From Epiperipatus broadwayi (Eukaryota; Animalia; Onychophora), in NCBI GenBank assembly GCA_028023455.1, contig JAQFVV010000001.1, positions 25,792,001 to 25,856,000 on the forward strand: DNA of 64,000 nt, given 5' to 3'. Below are positions 14,401 to 26,963 of the stretch, piece after piece. The stretch's first letter is position 1. Each line of letters begins with the position of its first letter. The notes beneath the pieces are model-generated. The model saw nothing but the letters and a program-made list of their open reading frames with translations, was not told the origin of the DNA and did not search any database. The translations under genes were made by a program, and so were the position numbers.

Positions 14401-16872
14401 TTTATTTCAGTTTATCCTATTTATAGCTTCTCTTGTCCACATCATTCTAGAAAAGTTCTGCTTGATTTAGTGCAATGGTATAGTGTGGATTCAAAAGCTA
14501 AAGATTCATGCGCTGATAGAGCTTATAATTTAGTATCCAAAAGACATTGAATTTCTCTAGTGTTAAATTAATTGTTATATGTTTTACTATAGCAACTTTT
14601 TTTAAGTCATTCATTTATTTCTTATATATATATATATTTAGGTCTTTTATAATTTTTTGGTATTCATTTTAAGATTTCAACCATTTACATTTTCGTCTCT
14701 TTTACCAATATACACCCCAATTTTATTTTATGTTGTTAATTTTCTCAATGATGTTAATGATATATTTTAGTTTTCTGATCATGAATTTCACTTTCGCTAT
14801 CTGCATGTTTCCCTTCACTTTGCTGCTTCATCGAAATTTCTGTATTATTTTTTTTTAAACATCTAAGTCTTAGATCAATTTATCAAAAAAACTTTTTTAT
14901 ATAATCACACACTCATGTTTTATTTTTATATTAGCATGAATCAAAGCATTTAAATCACTTTACTGAATTATTGTGAAAATAAAATATAGTTTTTTTTTTT
15001 GTTTTGTTTTACAAAAACATCCAGCCAAGTGTAATTCTAAAATAAATTATATCCATTATATTTCCATATATATTTATAATCTGACAAAGGTATTTGTAGG
15101 TGTTAAATTTTTCTAATTCATTATTATCCATTTTTATTTTTTTATTTTTTGAAAAGCCATTAAATATTATTTAAATCTTTTTACCATTCATTTTAAGTTC
15201 TGTTTTATTGCTTTCATCTGATTGCTCATATAGCATAGCCTAAAGTTCTGAGGCATTATTTGCAAAATGAAACACTTATCAGAAAAATTTATAAAATTTG
15301 AATAATCTACTGTTTGTTTATTTTTTAGCTTCTTATTTTTTAATCATAAAACATTTGTTTTAAAACTACTTTAAAACAGTTTTGTAAATTTGGATGCATT
15401 CATCTTTGTCAATATAAATTTAATGACACAATGTAATCTAGTCACTATTGAAAAATTTTGATATTTTTCATATTTTGATGTTACTATGATATTTCAAATC
15501 TATTATCCTTTAAAAATGGCAACTTAAAATTAATTAGATGTTTTCATAAATTCTCTTAATAATTAAATACATTTTTTTTTGCTACAATAATTTGTACATT
15601 CAGCTTGTTCTTTAACAAAATCCTCTGTGACAAATCTTAGTAAAAATCATGTATAAAAGGGATAGATGATATGTTATAATTTCTAATATTGTCTTTTTCA
15701 CTATTATAAATTTCAAATGTGGTACGTTATTATTATTTAGCTACCTAATATTTTCAACAATTTTTTACATATTAATCTGCTTTTTTTCATGGGGGGGGGG
15801 GGGGGGGCGGCTGGGGGGGTTCGCGGGGCTCTCCTCCGCGGATATATATATATCTTCTGACGCTTTTCCATTCCTTAATTGAATGTCTTATTTTTCATTT
15901 TGCCAATTCACAAAAAGTTGTAATTTAAGTGTTTATATTCCTGCTACAATCTCTCTCTTTAATAATAGAGCAATTTTTTTATTTCTAAAATAACTTTCTT
16001 TCTAAACAAGAATATTATTTTATACTCCTGAAACTTTATTCTCTTTTATCAATTTCTTGATAATTCATAATGGAAAGTGCAAGAAATTTGACATTTGTTG
16101 ATCAGATTATATAATTTGATAAAGAAATATAAGTTGTTAAGTCATTTTTATAACACTTTATAGAATATTGATTTTTACCGATATTTCAATTTTTCTGAAC
16201 AGATCACTTTTAAATATATTTATGGGTTTTTTTTACTTTTTTCTATACATTAATTTACTTATTCAATCAAAAATATAATGATGAATTGTTGCTTTTCATA
16301 TTGGATTTTTTGCATCACTTATGTTTTTATTAAACTGTTCAAGTATGAGCAATGATCTGTCTGTTAATATTTGGAAACTATTTTTAAGACATATTTTAAA
16401 TTCATAAAAATATTTTTGATGGTTAGAATTATCAACTGATCTCTATAGGTTCCATAATTATTGATCATTTTTAATGTAGAATCTATTAACACTCTTTTTT
16501 TTTTTGTTAGTCAAATATAATTCGATTTTGCAGTATCTTTATTTAGATACTTCCATTCCCATTCATAATTAAACTTTTTCTCCAAAAATATAAAATATTG
16601 CTTTTTTTCCCCCATAAAATATTATAAGTTTATGTCCCCCTTCATTATCTGTCTTCTGTGTAATTAAATTTAGCAGAAAAACTTTCATATTGAAATTAAT
16701 TTTTATTTCATGACAATATTAAAATATATTATCTAATCTTTGCATATCTTTACAAAAATACTTTTTTTTTCTCAGAATAAGAACTTGTTGAAACATAAAT
16801 TTGAAAATTATCTACATTTGGTATCTTCCATTTAATTGAATAATTAATCTGAGACTATATCAAATATACTAT

Positions 16873-16966
16873 TGTTGGACTATTTCCATCATTTATGAGT
16901 GAATGTTGAATGTATAGAAAATTTTAAACTTTATTTAAACTTTCCAAATATAAACAACTTGTTAGT

Positions 16967-17005
<39 letters not shown>

Positions 17006-17270
17006 CAACTAATTAGCCTCATTAAAAAAATTGAAAGACTCAGGAGGATTTGAATCAATCCTCACATATAAGTATATCAAATTTCTACTATATGTTGCCT
17101 TTGACAGAATAGCTTAGTTGGTAGAGTGTTTACCTTAAATTCGATATTCAAGAATCTAAAGGTGCGAGTTCAACTTCTAACAAGTTGTTTGTATTTGGAA
17201 AGCTTAAATAAAGTTTAAAAATTTTTATACATTCAACATTCACTCATAAATAATGGAAATAATCCAACAT
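16873..17270 (+). mobile_element. Truncated copy of the PLE family at 52-55 kb: inverted 93-bp tail, (CA)n, 3' UTR, tRNA-like segment, tail
   Basis: 16873-16965 is the reverse complement of 17177-17269. 17003-17176 aligns by eye to 54830-54995, including 'ttgcctttgacagaatagcttagttggtagag'. Confidence 0.8.
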
Positions 17271-17677
17271 ATCACATCTTATAATATACCATAATTACAA
17301 ACTTTCAGACAAATACTGTTAAACTTCTGTATATTGTTTTTTTATATTTTTTATTTATAATGATTAACACTTGTAGAGTAATTTGCACATTTACTGTAAA
17401 CTACATATTCACTTTCCAATTATGGAAAATGTCCTAATTAATAATAATAAATTTTTTAAACCATTTAATATTTCTTCACTTGAAAATGATCAATAATTGA
17501 ACATACTTACCATCCAATGTCTTTGATCGTAAATTTCTACCTTGGCTAACAATTTTAAAACTTCTGAAATATCACAGCTATAATAATTTGTTTTTGTATG
17601 GTATACATGTGGGGGGATGATGATCTGAACAAACTGATGAGTGCTGGTTCAACATGAAATATATATATATATATAGG

Positions 17678-17715
<38 letters not shown>

Positions 17716-18039
17716 AGATCATTATCGTTTTTACATGTATGTGATCAAATGTATCAATTGTATAAATACAGATGGAGTAGATAGCTGTAGAAAGCTTGAA
17801 AGTGTAAGTTCAAATCCCTTCTAAATACATTAAATTCAGTATAGACAATATACTTGTATTTAAATATATTTCATACTCTGTAGTCAAGTTGCAATCTTTA
17901 AGTGTCTATATATATTCAATGGACCATTAGTAAGAATGGATTTCCATTCTTGCTATTAAAAGGTGTGGTTGCCTTGACAGCAGTGAAAGATATTGATTAC
18001 TATTTTTACTGTGAATGTTTAGGTGATTAATGGTTGGTA

Positions 18040-18044
<5 letters not shown>

Positions 18045-18110
<66 letters not shown>
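18045..18110. repeat. Compound (TA)n(TG)n microsatellite (similar TA runs at about 2296-2345 and 7915-7952)
   Basis: Directly visible. Confidence 0.95.
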
Positions 18111-19199
18111 AAGATTTTCACAGGCTACCAATGTTAAATAATGGGTCATTTACAAAGAGAGAAATAAAATGATACTAAATAATCCAATTAAGAAAATCAA
18201 AGTTCCTCCACAATCACTCTGAAAATAAGCTTGGGAAAAGAACAATCACCAAATTAGTATAAAATGGTTGGTGAAGTTTAACTATTTTTTTAATTTGTTT
18301 TATCCATTAAAGATAGCTAAAGAGCCCTTTACCAACAAATAACTAATTAACTTGACAGATTGATTAGAGATTTGCTATTCAAAATAGTCCTAAACTTATT
18401 TTAAAATTATAAAGTATCTTAAACTCTTTTCTAACTTCACTCTGAATCATGTCCTAGATTGTAAAGAAGAAAGAAAATCCTTAATCTATCATTATTTGGA
18501 ACTTTCTAACCTGCTTAAGATGTTTTCTTATTTCTATAAGAAATGCTGAAGAAGCTTATAACCTGCAATATAATTTTCTACTTCGTTCTTTTTCTATGTA
18601 TTGATTTCTACTTTAACATATCATACCATTTACACCTTTCTTAAACACTTTATCAATACTCTTCAACTGTCCTGCAGTCACCATTAGAGCTACAATATTC
18701 AATTATATAATTATATAATTAATACACTTATACACATACATATTCAGGTCCTGCAGTCATCATCAGAGCTACAATATTCAAATATATAGTAAAATTGTTC
18801 AAAGAAAATTAATATTAATTTTAATTTTATTACAATTATTATTTTTTTGTAAAGGCTTTTTATTCTAGATAAAAAGTAATCTTATCACATCATCAAAATT
18901 TTAATTTTACTCTTAAATCAATTAAAAATATAAGTTTGATCTCTTCTGAAAACAACACGGATTTATTTTGCTATCAGGAAAGTTTAAGGTTTTATTTTTT
19001 GTATTTTTGTTGATTTTTTTTCTCCATGTAGAATGGTGGTATGATTGGAATATGCATTCATCATGGATAGACTTATAAAAATCATGTGAAATATAATAAG
19101 TATTACTTGTTTAAAACTGATATTTGCAGAAGACTATATTTTCAGGTTAAGTTGATCATTGTATTAATAAAAAAATTTGTCCCAGCATAACAAAATTTT

Positions 19200-20080
19200 C
19201 AGCTTGGACTGTTTTTTTTATATTAGCTGCGATTAATAATTTGTAAATTAACTGCTTCTTAAATAATTGAAAATGCTATTTTAGTAATTTTAACTTTCTG
19301 GAACACTGTTATATAGAGTTTTTGCTGGTTGAAGTAATCCAAAAGCCCTTGACTAGATGATATTACAATTTTCTTAAAACAAGAAAACTCTTTATAAAAG
19401 CAAAAACTAAAAAAAAAAATTGGTGTCGATCACATTTTTCTTTACCAGTGCCAGTCAAGATTGCATGCAACATATATTATAAAATAATTTTAAATAATTA
19501 CTTTTTTTTAAATGTATCTTGCTGATATGAATGAAGAATGAAAGAAATAAATGACTTGCGACTTTTATGAAGAAAAAAGTAATACTTTTGCTCATACTAG
19601 TTATATCTCTTTTATAATACCTATTTTAGGGTGTGGGTAAAAAGTTTGTAATGTCTGACTAGATGTATTTTATTTTTAATTATAACACAGCTTTTTATAT
19701 TAGCTGTGTTAATAATTCACAAATTAATTGCTTCTTAAATAACTGAAAATGTCATTCTAATCAGTTTAACTTTTTGGAATGCTGTCAAACAGAGTTTTCC
19801 CTTGTTGAGATAATCAAAAAGTCCTTGATTACAATGATGTTATAGTCTTTTTAAAACCAGAAGCTCTCTTCTTAAAAACCAAACTAAAAACTGATTGACA
19901 TCTATCACAATTTTTTTTATTCAATATTTTTCATGATAAGATGCAAAAAATATAGGTGTCTTTATGTATTGTTACAAATTAGTTTTAACTAATTACAATT
20001 CAAAAAAATAAAAAAAATATGTATTTTGCCGATATAAAAGAAGAATGAAAGAAACATATGGCTTGCAATTTTTATTTTAA
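19200..20080. repeat. Old tandem duplication of about 480 bp, probably transposon-derived
   Basis: 'tttttatattagctg...ttgcttcttaaataa.tgaaaatg...gaagaatgaaagaaa' occurs at about 19210-19570 and again at about 19690-20070, clearly diverged. Confidence 0.75.
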
Positions 20081-22071
20081 AAAAAATTTCTGTTAGCTTT
20101 CCTGTATATTTTGTAAAACATTCAAGATCAAATTATACAGTATTTATAAATCTGTTGTTGTCAATATGGTTCCTATATTTGGCTTCTTCTGTTTTTAGAC
20201 TATAATTATGTTAGTTATTCCACCTTTTGTATGGTAGTTTCTTAATATTTATTTTTTTTTTCCATTTTCTTCAACTCCTATCACTTAATCATTAAATTAA
20301 TTTAAATATTCTGGTGGCTTTGAAATAGAAAAGTGGATTTAAATGCTAACATGCTTCTATTATGTTTACTAGTTAAAAGGTAGTTTTCATTTTCAAGTTT
20401 TGATAATAAAAAAACTTAAAAGTTATTCTAGTTATAAAATTGCTTCAAATAAATTAGTTATAGATAAGGATGGGTTTTTTAAATTTATTATATGGAATTG
20501 AGATATTGATTCCTATACCAATGTAACATAAATACAGTAAAAAAAATTATTTAAGGATGATTTTAAAATCCTAAAACCTTAATGTTAAGACTACTTACTA
20601 TATTCTTCAGATTTTTGGATATTATACTGGTTGAATCTACTATTGTAAAGCCACTTTAGTGTTTTAATGGGTATTTGAAGTGAATGAAACCTGAAAAAGA
20701 TTTTTATGAAAAAATTAGATCTCATTTTCATTTTCACCATATAAAAATTATTTTATAAATACTTTTAATAGTTTCAATATTAATTGCTTTTATTAGATAA
20801 ATAGCTGAAAATTAAGATTAAAAACATAACAATATGTCACATAAAAAGAGTAAAAGATCAGCATGTAATTTTTGTGAATATATTTCTGTTTCTTAAATTG
20901 GTTTGTATAATCAAACACAAATTTATCTCCAACTTTTTAGTTTTTTTTTATGTTTCTTTTTTGTCTAGAATGTGGTTTGGCAAACTTTTTAACATGAAAA
21001 ACACTTTTGTTTCAATCTCCCCTCTCCTTCATAAAAGAACTACAAGAAAAGAGATGGAAAATCGGTTCATGAAAAATATGAATTTCTGAATGGCTATGGA
21101 TTTATTTTAAAATTTATTTTAGTAATGAAACATAATAGAATTGTTTACATCCTAGTTAAAAAAACGTTATGTTAAAAGGAAACAAATGTGAACAAAAATT
21201 ATATTGACATATTTACAAATTTCTAATATTTAAATATTGATCACATACAATAATTACTATTCTATAATAAGGCTGAATTCAAGAAATATTGTAAAGCACT
21301 TTTTTTTCTCTTCTAGAATTATCAAAATATTTATTTACAAATTACAAGAAGAAATAAAAAATATGTTTATGTTTATCATCATAAAAAGAGCTGTGAGATT
21401 GAATGTGGATCAGGAACTGAAGTTTGTGGATCCCTGATTTAGAATTAGATTTATCATACCTGATTATGGTATTACTATTGATTCATAAAAGTGATGTCGA
21501 AAAAAGGCAATCTGCTACTTGGAATATATATTATTTGTGTATAAACAAAAAATGTCACAAAATGAAATACTTACTTTCAAAAATGTAAAATATATTATAA
21601 CTTAGTAAAGTAAAAATGTAAAACTTTTATTTTTTTTTAATTCTAGAAAAAAATAATAAATAAACATAGAGAAGGAAAAGCTGAAAATACAAGAATATTT
21701 AATGAGATGCTAAATAAAGTAGTCAAATTGAATTGTAATATAATTACATTTGATAATAATAACTAAATGCTTGCCTTAACTATTTAAAATGTAAACAATA
21801 ACAAAATATAATTAATATATAAAATTTAAAAAAAAAATTAAAATATTTTTGAAAATTAAAATTTATTAATGTAAAGTTTTAAAATAAAATTAATGAAAAA
21901 TTTATTAAATGGAAAAAAAATATTTAATTTTTTTTTTCAAATAGTTGAAAATGTAAAAAAATATTGATAATAGAGCTTTTATATATAAAAATGTGATCAG
22001 GGAGTAAATAATTTGCTTTTTATTATTGCACTTTGTTTTTTTATTTAATTGCTTATATATATATTTTTTAG

Positions 22072-22135
22072 GGTCAAGTAAGTTTTGATGAAAATGGTGA
22101 CCGACAAGGAATGATGTTAATTTTTCAATTTTTGA
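22072..22135 (+). CDS. Internal exon of GABA-B-like GPCR, GQVSFDENGDRQGMMLIFQFL
   Basis: Acceptor ttttttag, donor gtaaga; 64 nt, phase 0/1. Continues F.GVT|G.V.FD.NGDR across an 8610-nt intron. Confidence 0.92.
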
Positions 22136-25100
22136 GTAAGAATATTTTGACTATTTCTTAAAATTACATATCTTATTGTTTGTTTAAAATCATTACAAAT
22201 AAATATTTAAATTGAAATCATTACTGGAAATGCATTTTGTGAAATATTAAAAAAGTTGGTCTTTAATCAATAATATTTTTCATAATGTTTCTTTTATCAT
22301 GAGCAAAATTAACTACTGGCAGGCTAATGTAATATTTGGACTTCTGCAATAAAAAATGTACAAATCAGTCTATTAAACTTTTTGATTTACCCGCCCATTT
22401 TATGTAAGATTTTTCTTTAAAATGGTTTTAATATTCTAATAAGTTTAGATTTGAATACATTCATTTTTCTATTCCATTTTTATTTCCAATATATTTTTAT
22501 ATTTCTCTTGAATCTTGCAATTTTTATTTCAGAATTTAATATTATGTTTTATAAAATGAAAATGGTAAATCATATTTCTTTTTAGAAATATGCATATTTT
22601 AAATATAATATTAAGTTTGGCAAATAAATTATTTATTTTTTTCATTTAATTATTTTATGTTATTTGCTTTTGATGATAGTTATTGAATCTAAATAAAAAT
22701 AAATATTTATTTCTTCAAACTGTTTTCTATATATTATTTGTTAATTAATACATCAATTTTGCTAAGATTTATTTTAGAAACTAATTTTAAACTAATAAAC
22801 ATTTCTCACAAATTTTTAGTTTCAAGTCAGAAGATCTCTAAACTTTGAAGGCATGCTCATTTTTAATTAAAGTTTATATTAATGAAATGAATTAATGTTT
22901 GATAGAAAATGAGTTGATAGTATTGCAAAAGTAAAGGGAAAGAAATAATAATTTTTAAGTAGCCCATTGCAATTAAAAGTCCCCTCTTACTATTTCTCAT
23001 TAAAAACAATGAGAAAAATTGGCCTTTTCCATTAAGCATATCAATTTTCAGATAATGAGAATTTGAGTGATGCTATTCTTATTCTATCCTCTAATTAAGA
23101 ATAAATAGGTAATCATTTAATTACCAAAAAATTGGATGTTTATTAAACAATTCCTGATTAGAATCTGAAAAATGTCATTTTATTCAGGTGAGATTTTTAT
23201 CAGTCTTAAGTATATCCATTGGATTTATCTCAATAGTATTATAATTATATGTAGTTTATTTATTCTGAGATCTAACATTTACCATTTAAACTTTTTGAAT
23301 ATTTTTAAGGTTACAGAAAATAATTTTTGTAAATTAAACTACTTTGGTGCACTTTTGAAATTTTCAAGATAATATTTTTGAAATTTTAAAGTGGACTTTC
23401 TGTAATTTTTTAAAATAATTTCTATTTAAATCTCATTGAAAACTAAATATGCTTTAACTTGACATCCATAGCATTTTTTAAACTTCGTGTTTCACAAGCC
23501 AATCTCGCATAATTGTTTTAAAATATGCAAAATATTTTCAGCCTTACAATATATCTCCAATTTCTCACATGCTAAGCACCATGTGCCTTGTATGCTACTC
23601 CATGATATTTGACAATAGGCAACATAATGTACTCAAAAGAAATAATAAGTAATGGTTCAATTCCTACTTATGATCTCTCAAATTATCACCCAGAAATATC
23701 ATGAACAAACCTTGGCAATCTATAATCTATTTCAATTGTGCATTCTCTTATTCAAACGTTTACTGTCATTAGAACTTTTTATAACCACTTATTTTTGAAG
23801 TAATTATAAATTAGTTATGTGTTTAGCCTTACGAACTATTGTCTATGTAAATTAAATTTTTTTTTAGTACATTTGTTAATAATATGTTATCATAGAAACA
23901 AATTTATTTCCTTGATCTAAGTGATAATTTGAATAAAAGTCATTATTTTCTTCCACTGTTGGTCAATTTAAGATTTTTTAAAATCTTTTTAATCCTTTAA
24001 TAAAAATTTATAAAGAAGAAATATTAGTATTTTTAAAAATTTCTGTTTTTAACTTGTTTGTATAATAATTTCATTTCATTTTAATAATTTTTTTTAGGAA
24101 TCTAATCATTGATAAATAAAATTTAAAAAAATAAAATAAAATTGTTTTAAAATAGGATTAAACATCACTGTAAAGATCATATTTACATGTGTAATTGTTA
24201 GAATTACACAACCTACATGAAAATCACCCAAGAGCAATCGTCATGTGACTTCCACATTCTGACATCCCAGAATACCAACTTTTTCCTTTACAATCTGTTA
24301 AGGGCAGGGGCAAAACAAAAGACTCTTAACTATTTTATGTAAGATATTGATTGCAAATAAAGATTAGAAACTGCCAAAATAATGAGATAACACTAATTAT
24401 TTACCTATGTATAACACAAAACACATACTGTCATGACTTTAATTCTGAATTATAATTTAATTTAAGGTAAACAAACCTTTCAAAAATTTATTAAATGCAT
24501 TTAATTCTAATTATGCACAGATATAGTATATGATGTTGTAAGGATCCATATTTTAAAATAATTCCTATTTAATACTATTAATGTAGAATATTATTAATGT
24601 TAATTGATTGAATATATTCAAATCTATTGCATAGACACCTAACTGTTTTCAACAATCATCATTGCTGTTTTAATCCTAACTGAGACAAGCTTATAAATTA
24701 AGGCTAATCTTATTACTTGAGTGTTGTGATCAATTACAGATTATAATATTAGTGCACAATTAGTAATAAAATATAATTGTAAAATACAAGGATTCACATC
24801 TATATTACAATAGTTATTTAAGAATGCATACATGGAAAGATTATTTGTCCATGGTAGGAATTAAACTTCTACAATATATATAGCATACAGTGACCAGCAG
24901 TCACATACATATCTCTACACAACATGTATGAAAGTAAAATGGATGGCATATAGTAGAAATTGATCATCTACCACACACCACTGTTTAAATAAGAGAATGA
25001 TTATAAGGGAGCACAGTCTCAAATGATATTACAATTATCTAATACTAACATGTTACATAAAGATGAGAATCAGATGTAAATCATAACCCAAATGAACAGA

Positions 25101-25729
25101 TACCAGCAATGCATTCTTATCAATAATAATAATTCAAATACAAGATTAGTTAGCTAAAATTGACATATGTTTAGCAGAATTCCAATCTAGCTTGTCTATG
25201 CAGCAGGCTTGCCTTCCATTCATATATTTAAAATTTTACTGATTTAACATACTATTACTAAATAAAGTGGAAATAGTGATTTAACTAATAATACACCTTC
25301 TAATAGTATGGCAAGAGATTGTGATTATAGCTAATTGCTTTTTATAAACCAATTTATTACCATTAACACTGGCCAAATTCTAGTATGATATTCAAATAAA
25401 ACAAAAATACAATCTCTTGCCATACCTGTTCTTAAACAGATTAAGTAAATAACTATTCATTAACATATTTCATTAGATAGGGGACAATAATCAACTAAAG
25501 ATTTTAAAGTTTATACTTTATTTCACTCTTTAGGTATTGGCAGAGTTTATTTTTAAACTATAGCTATGGTGAATGAGGGTTTAAATTACTATTTCACATT
25601 TATTTTGGATGCACAAATATCAGTTAATTCTTAGTTTCATGGCTGTTTCTTCCTGTAGCATTGGACATCAGCTTTTTCTTCTTCTAAGGTGGATACATAG
25701 AAGACACATGTTTGATTTCTTCTGTTGTT

Positions 25730-25839
25730 GATGGCTTCTTTAGCATGACTCAATAATGGATTTTCAGCCTGCCTTCTGCCAGATTGGCTTCTTTAGCATG
25801 ACTCAATAATGGGTTTTCAGCCTGCCCTCTGCCAGATTG
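25730..25839. repeat. Two-copy 53-bp direct tandem repeat
   Basis: gat(t)ggcttctttagcatgactcaataatgg.ttttcagcctgcc.tctgcca twice, plus the start of a third copy. Confidence 0.9.
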
Positions 25840-26862
25840 ACAGAGTAAAGTGGATAACAGCTTCTCTACTTTTGCATAGCAGACTTGCTGGAACTATTAG
25901 ATAAAACTTAATTAAAACAGATTAATAATAATGGCAGTATAATAATCGCTGGCAGAATAAAGATAGAATAATAATAATGAATGCAAAATAATAATTGCAG
26001 AATAATGACAGCAAGCTTTTAGATTAAAGGTTTTAGGATATTTAGATTTTAGATCCTTAAACATAATTTCCATTCCTATTTATACAGTTTGGAGATATCT
26101 TCTCAGTAAAATTCTTATCAATCTCTTGTCATTTAGATCCTTTGATTGATTGGCTATAGATAACTCTATTACACTACTGAATACTGAATTTACTCTATTT
26201 GCAAACTCATATTTTTGAGTGAATAATAGTCATTTTAATTAAATTATTTTAATCACTTCTAAAATTCAATCTCGTAATCCGTTTATGAGCATTTTAATTA
26301 CTTTTCCTAGAATATGATTTCCACTTATAATACCTTTTTCTTTTAAACTACTTTTTAATATAAATTTAGAATCAATTATCTTTTAAATTTTAGAAAATAT
26401 ATTGCATTTAACACAAATTAACTTCATAAATAATTATACCATATATCTCTATCTGTGCATTTACAATATACGTTTAATTTCTATTTATAAAAAAATTATT
26501 AAAATTCTACTTTTAAATTTTCTTCGTACTTTTTAACATGCAAACATGGACGTGTATATATGTTTACATATATATAGCTTCACATAATAATTTTTGATTT
26601 GTTTAGATTTAACTCTTGTACACTATCTGAACTAAATTATCTGCCGAGACTATTTGGAGCCTTTAACATGATGTTTTTTAGACAGTTTTCGATTTATTTA
26701 TATTAAAAAGTTTAACAAAATACATAAAAATGATCATCCATACAGGTTGATTAAGTCAGTATTATTTTTAAAAATCTTATCTCAAACAAAATGTCATTTT
26801 TCATTTCAATTATTGCCAGTTTTATAATATCAATTATCAACATAAAAACAACGTTGTTGTTT

Positions 26863-26963
26863 GTTTTTTTTTCAAGTGTCATGGCATCGGCCGGGACGCG
26901 AACCCGCAACCCGGGCAACTGCTTGTAAGGCAGTCGCGCTGACCTCTCGACCACCAATGCAAG
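26863..26963 (-). mobile_element. Young tRNA-Gly-derived short SINE / tRNA retrocopy with A-tail and 15-bp TSD
   Basis: Minus strand GCATTGGTGGTCGAGAGGTCAGCGCGACTGCCTTACAAGCAGTTGCCCGGGTTGCGGGTTCGCGTCCCGGCCGATGC (26884-26960), then catgacacttg and A9. Direct repeat acaacgttgttgttt at 26848-26862 and 26964-26978. Confidence 0.85.

Noticed and set aside
25730-25839. 53-bp direct repeats as a CRISPR-like or coding repeat
   Set aside because: Only two head-to-tail copies with no spacer, and the length is not a multiple of three; an ordinary tandem duplication.
26884-26960. Functional tRNA-Val(TAC) gene
   Set aside because: Gly-type body, 7-nt insertion, poor D stem, A-tail and TSD indicate a retrotransposed copy; annotated as a SINE.
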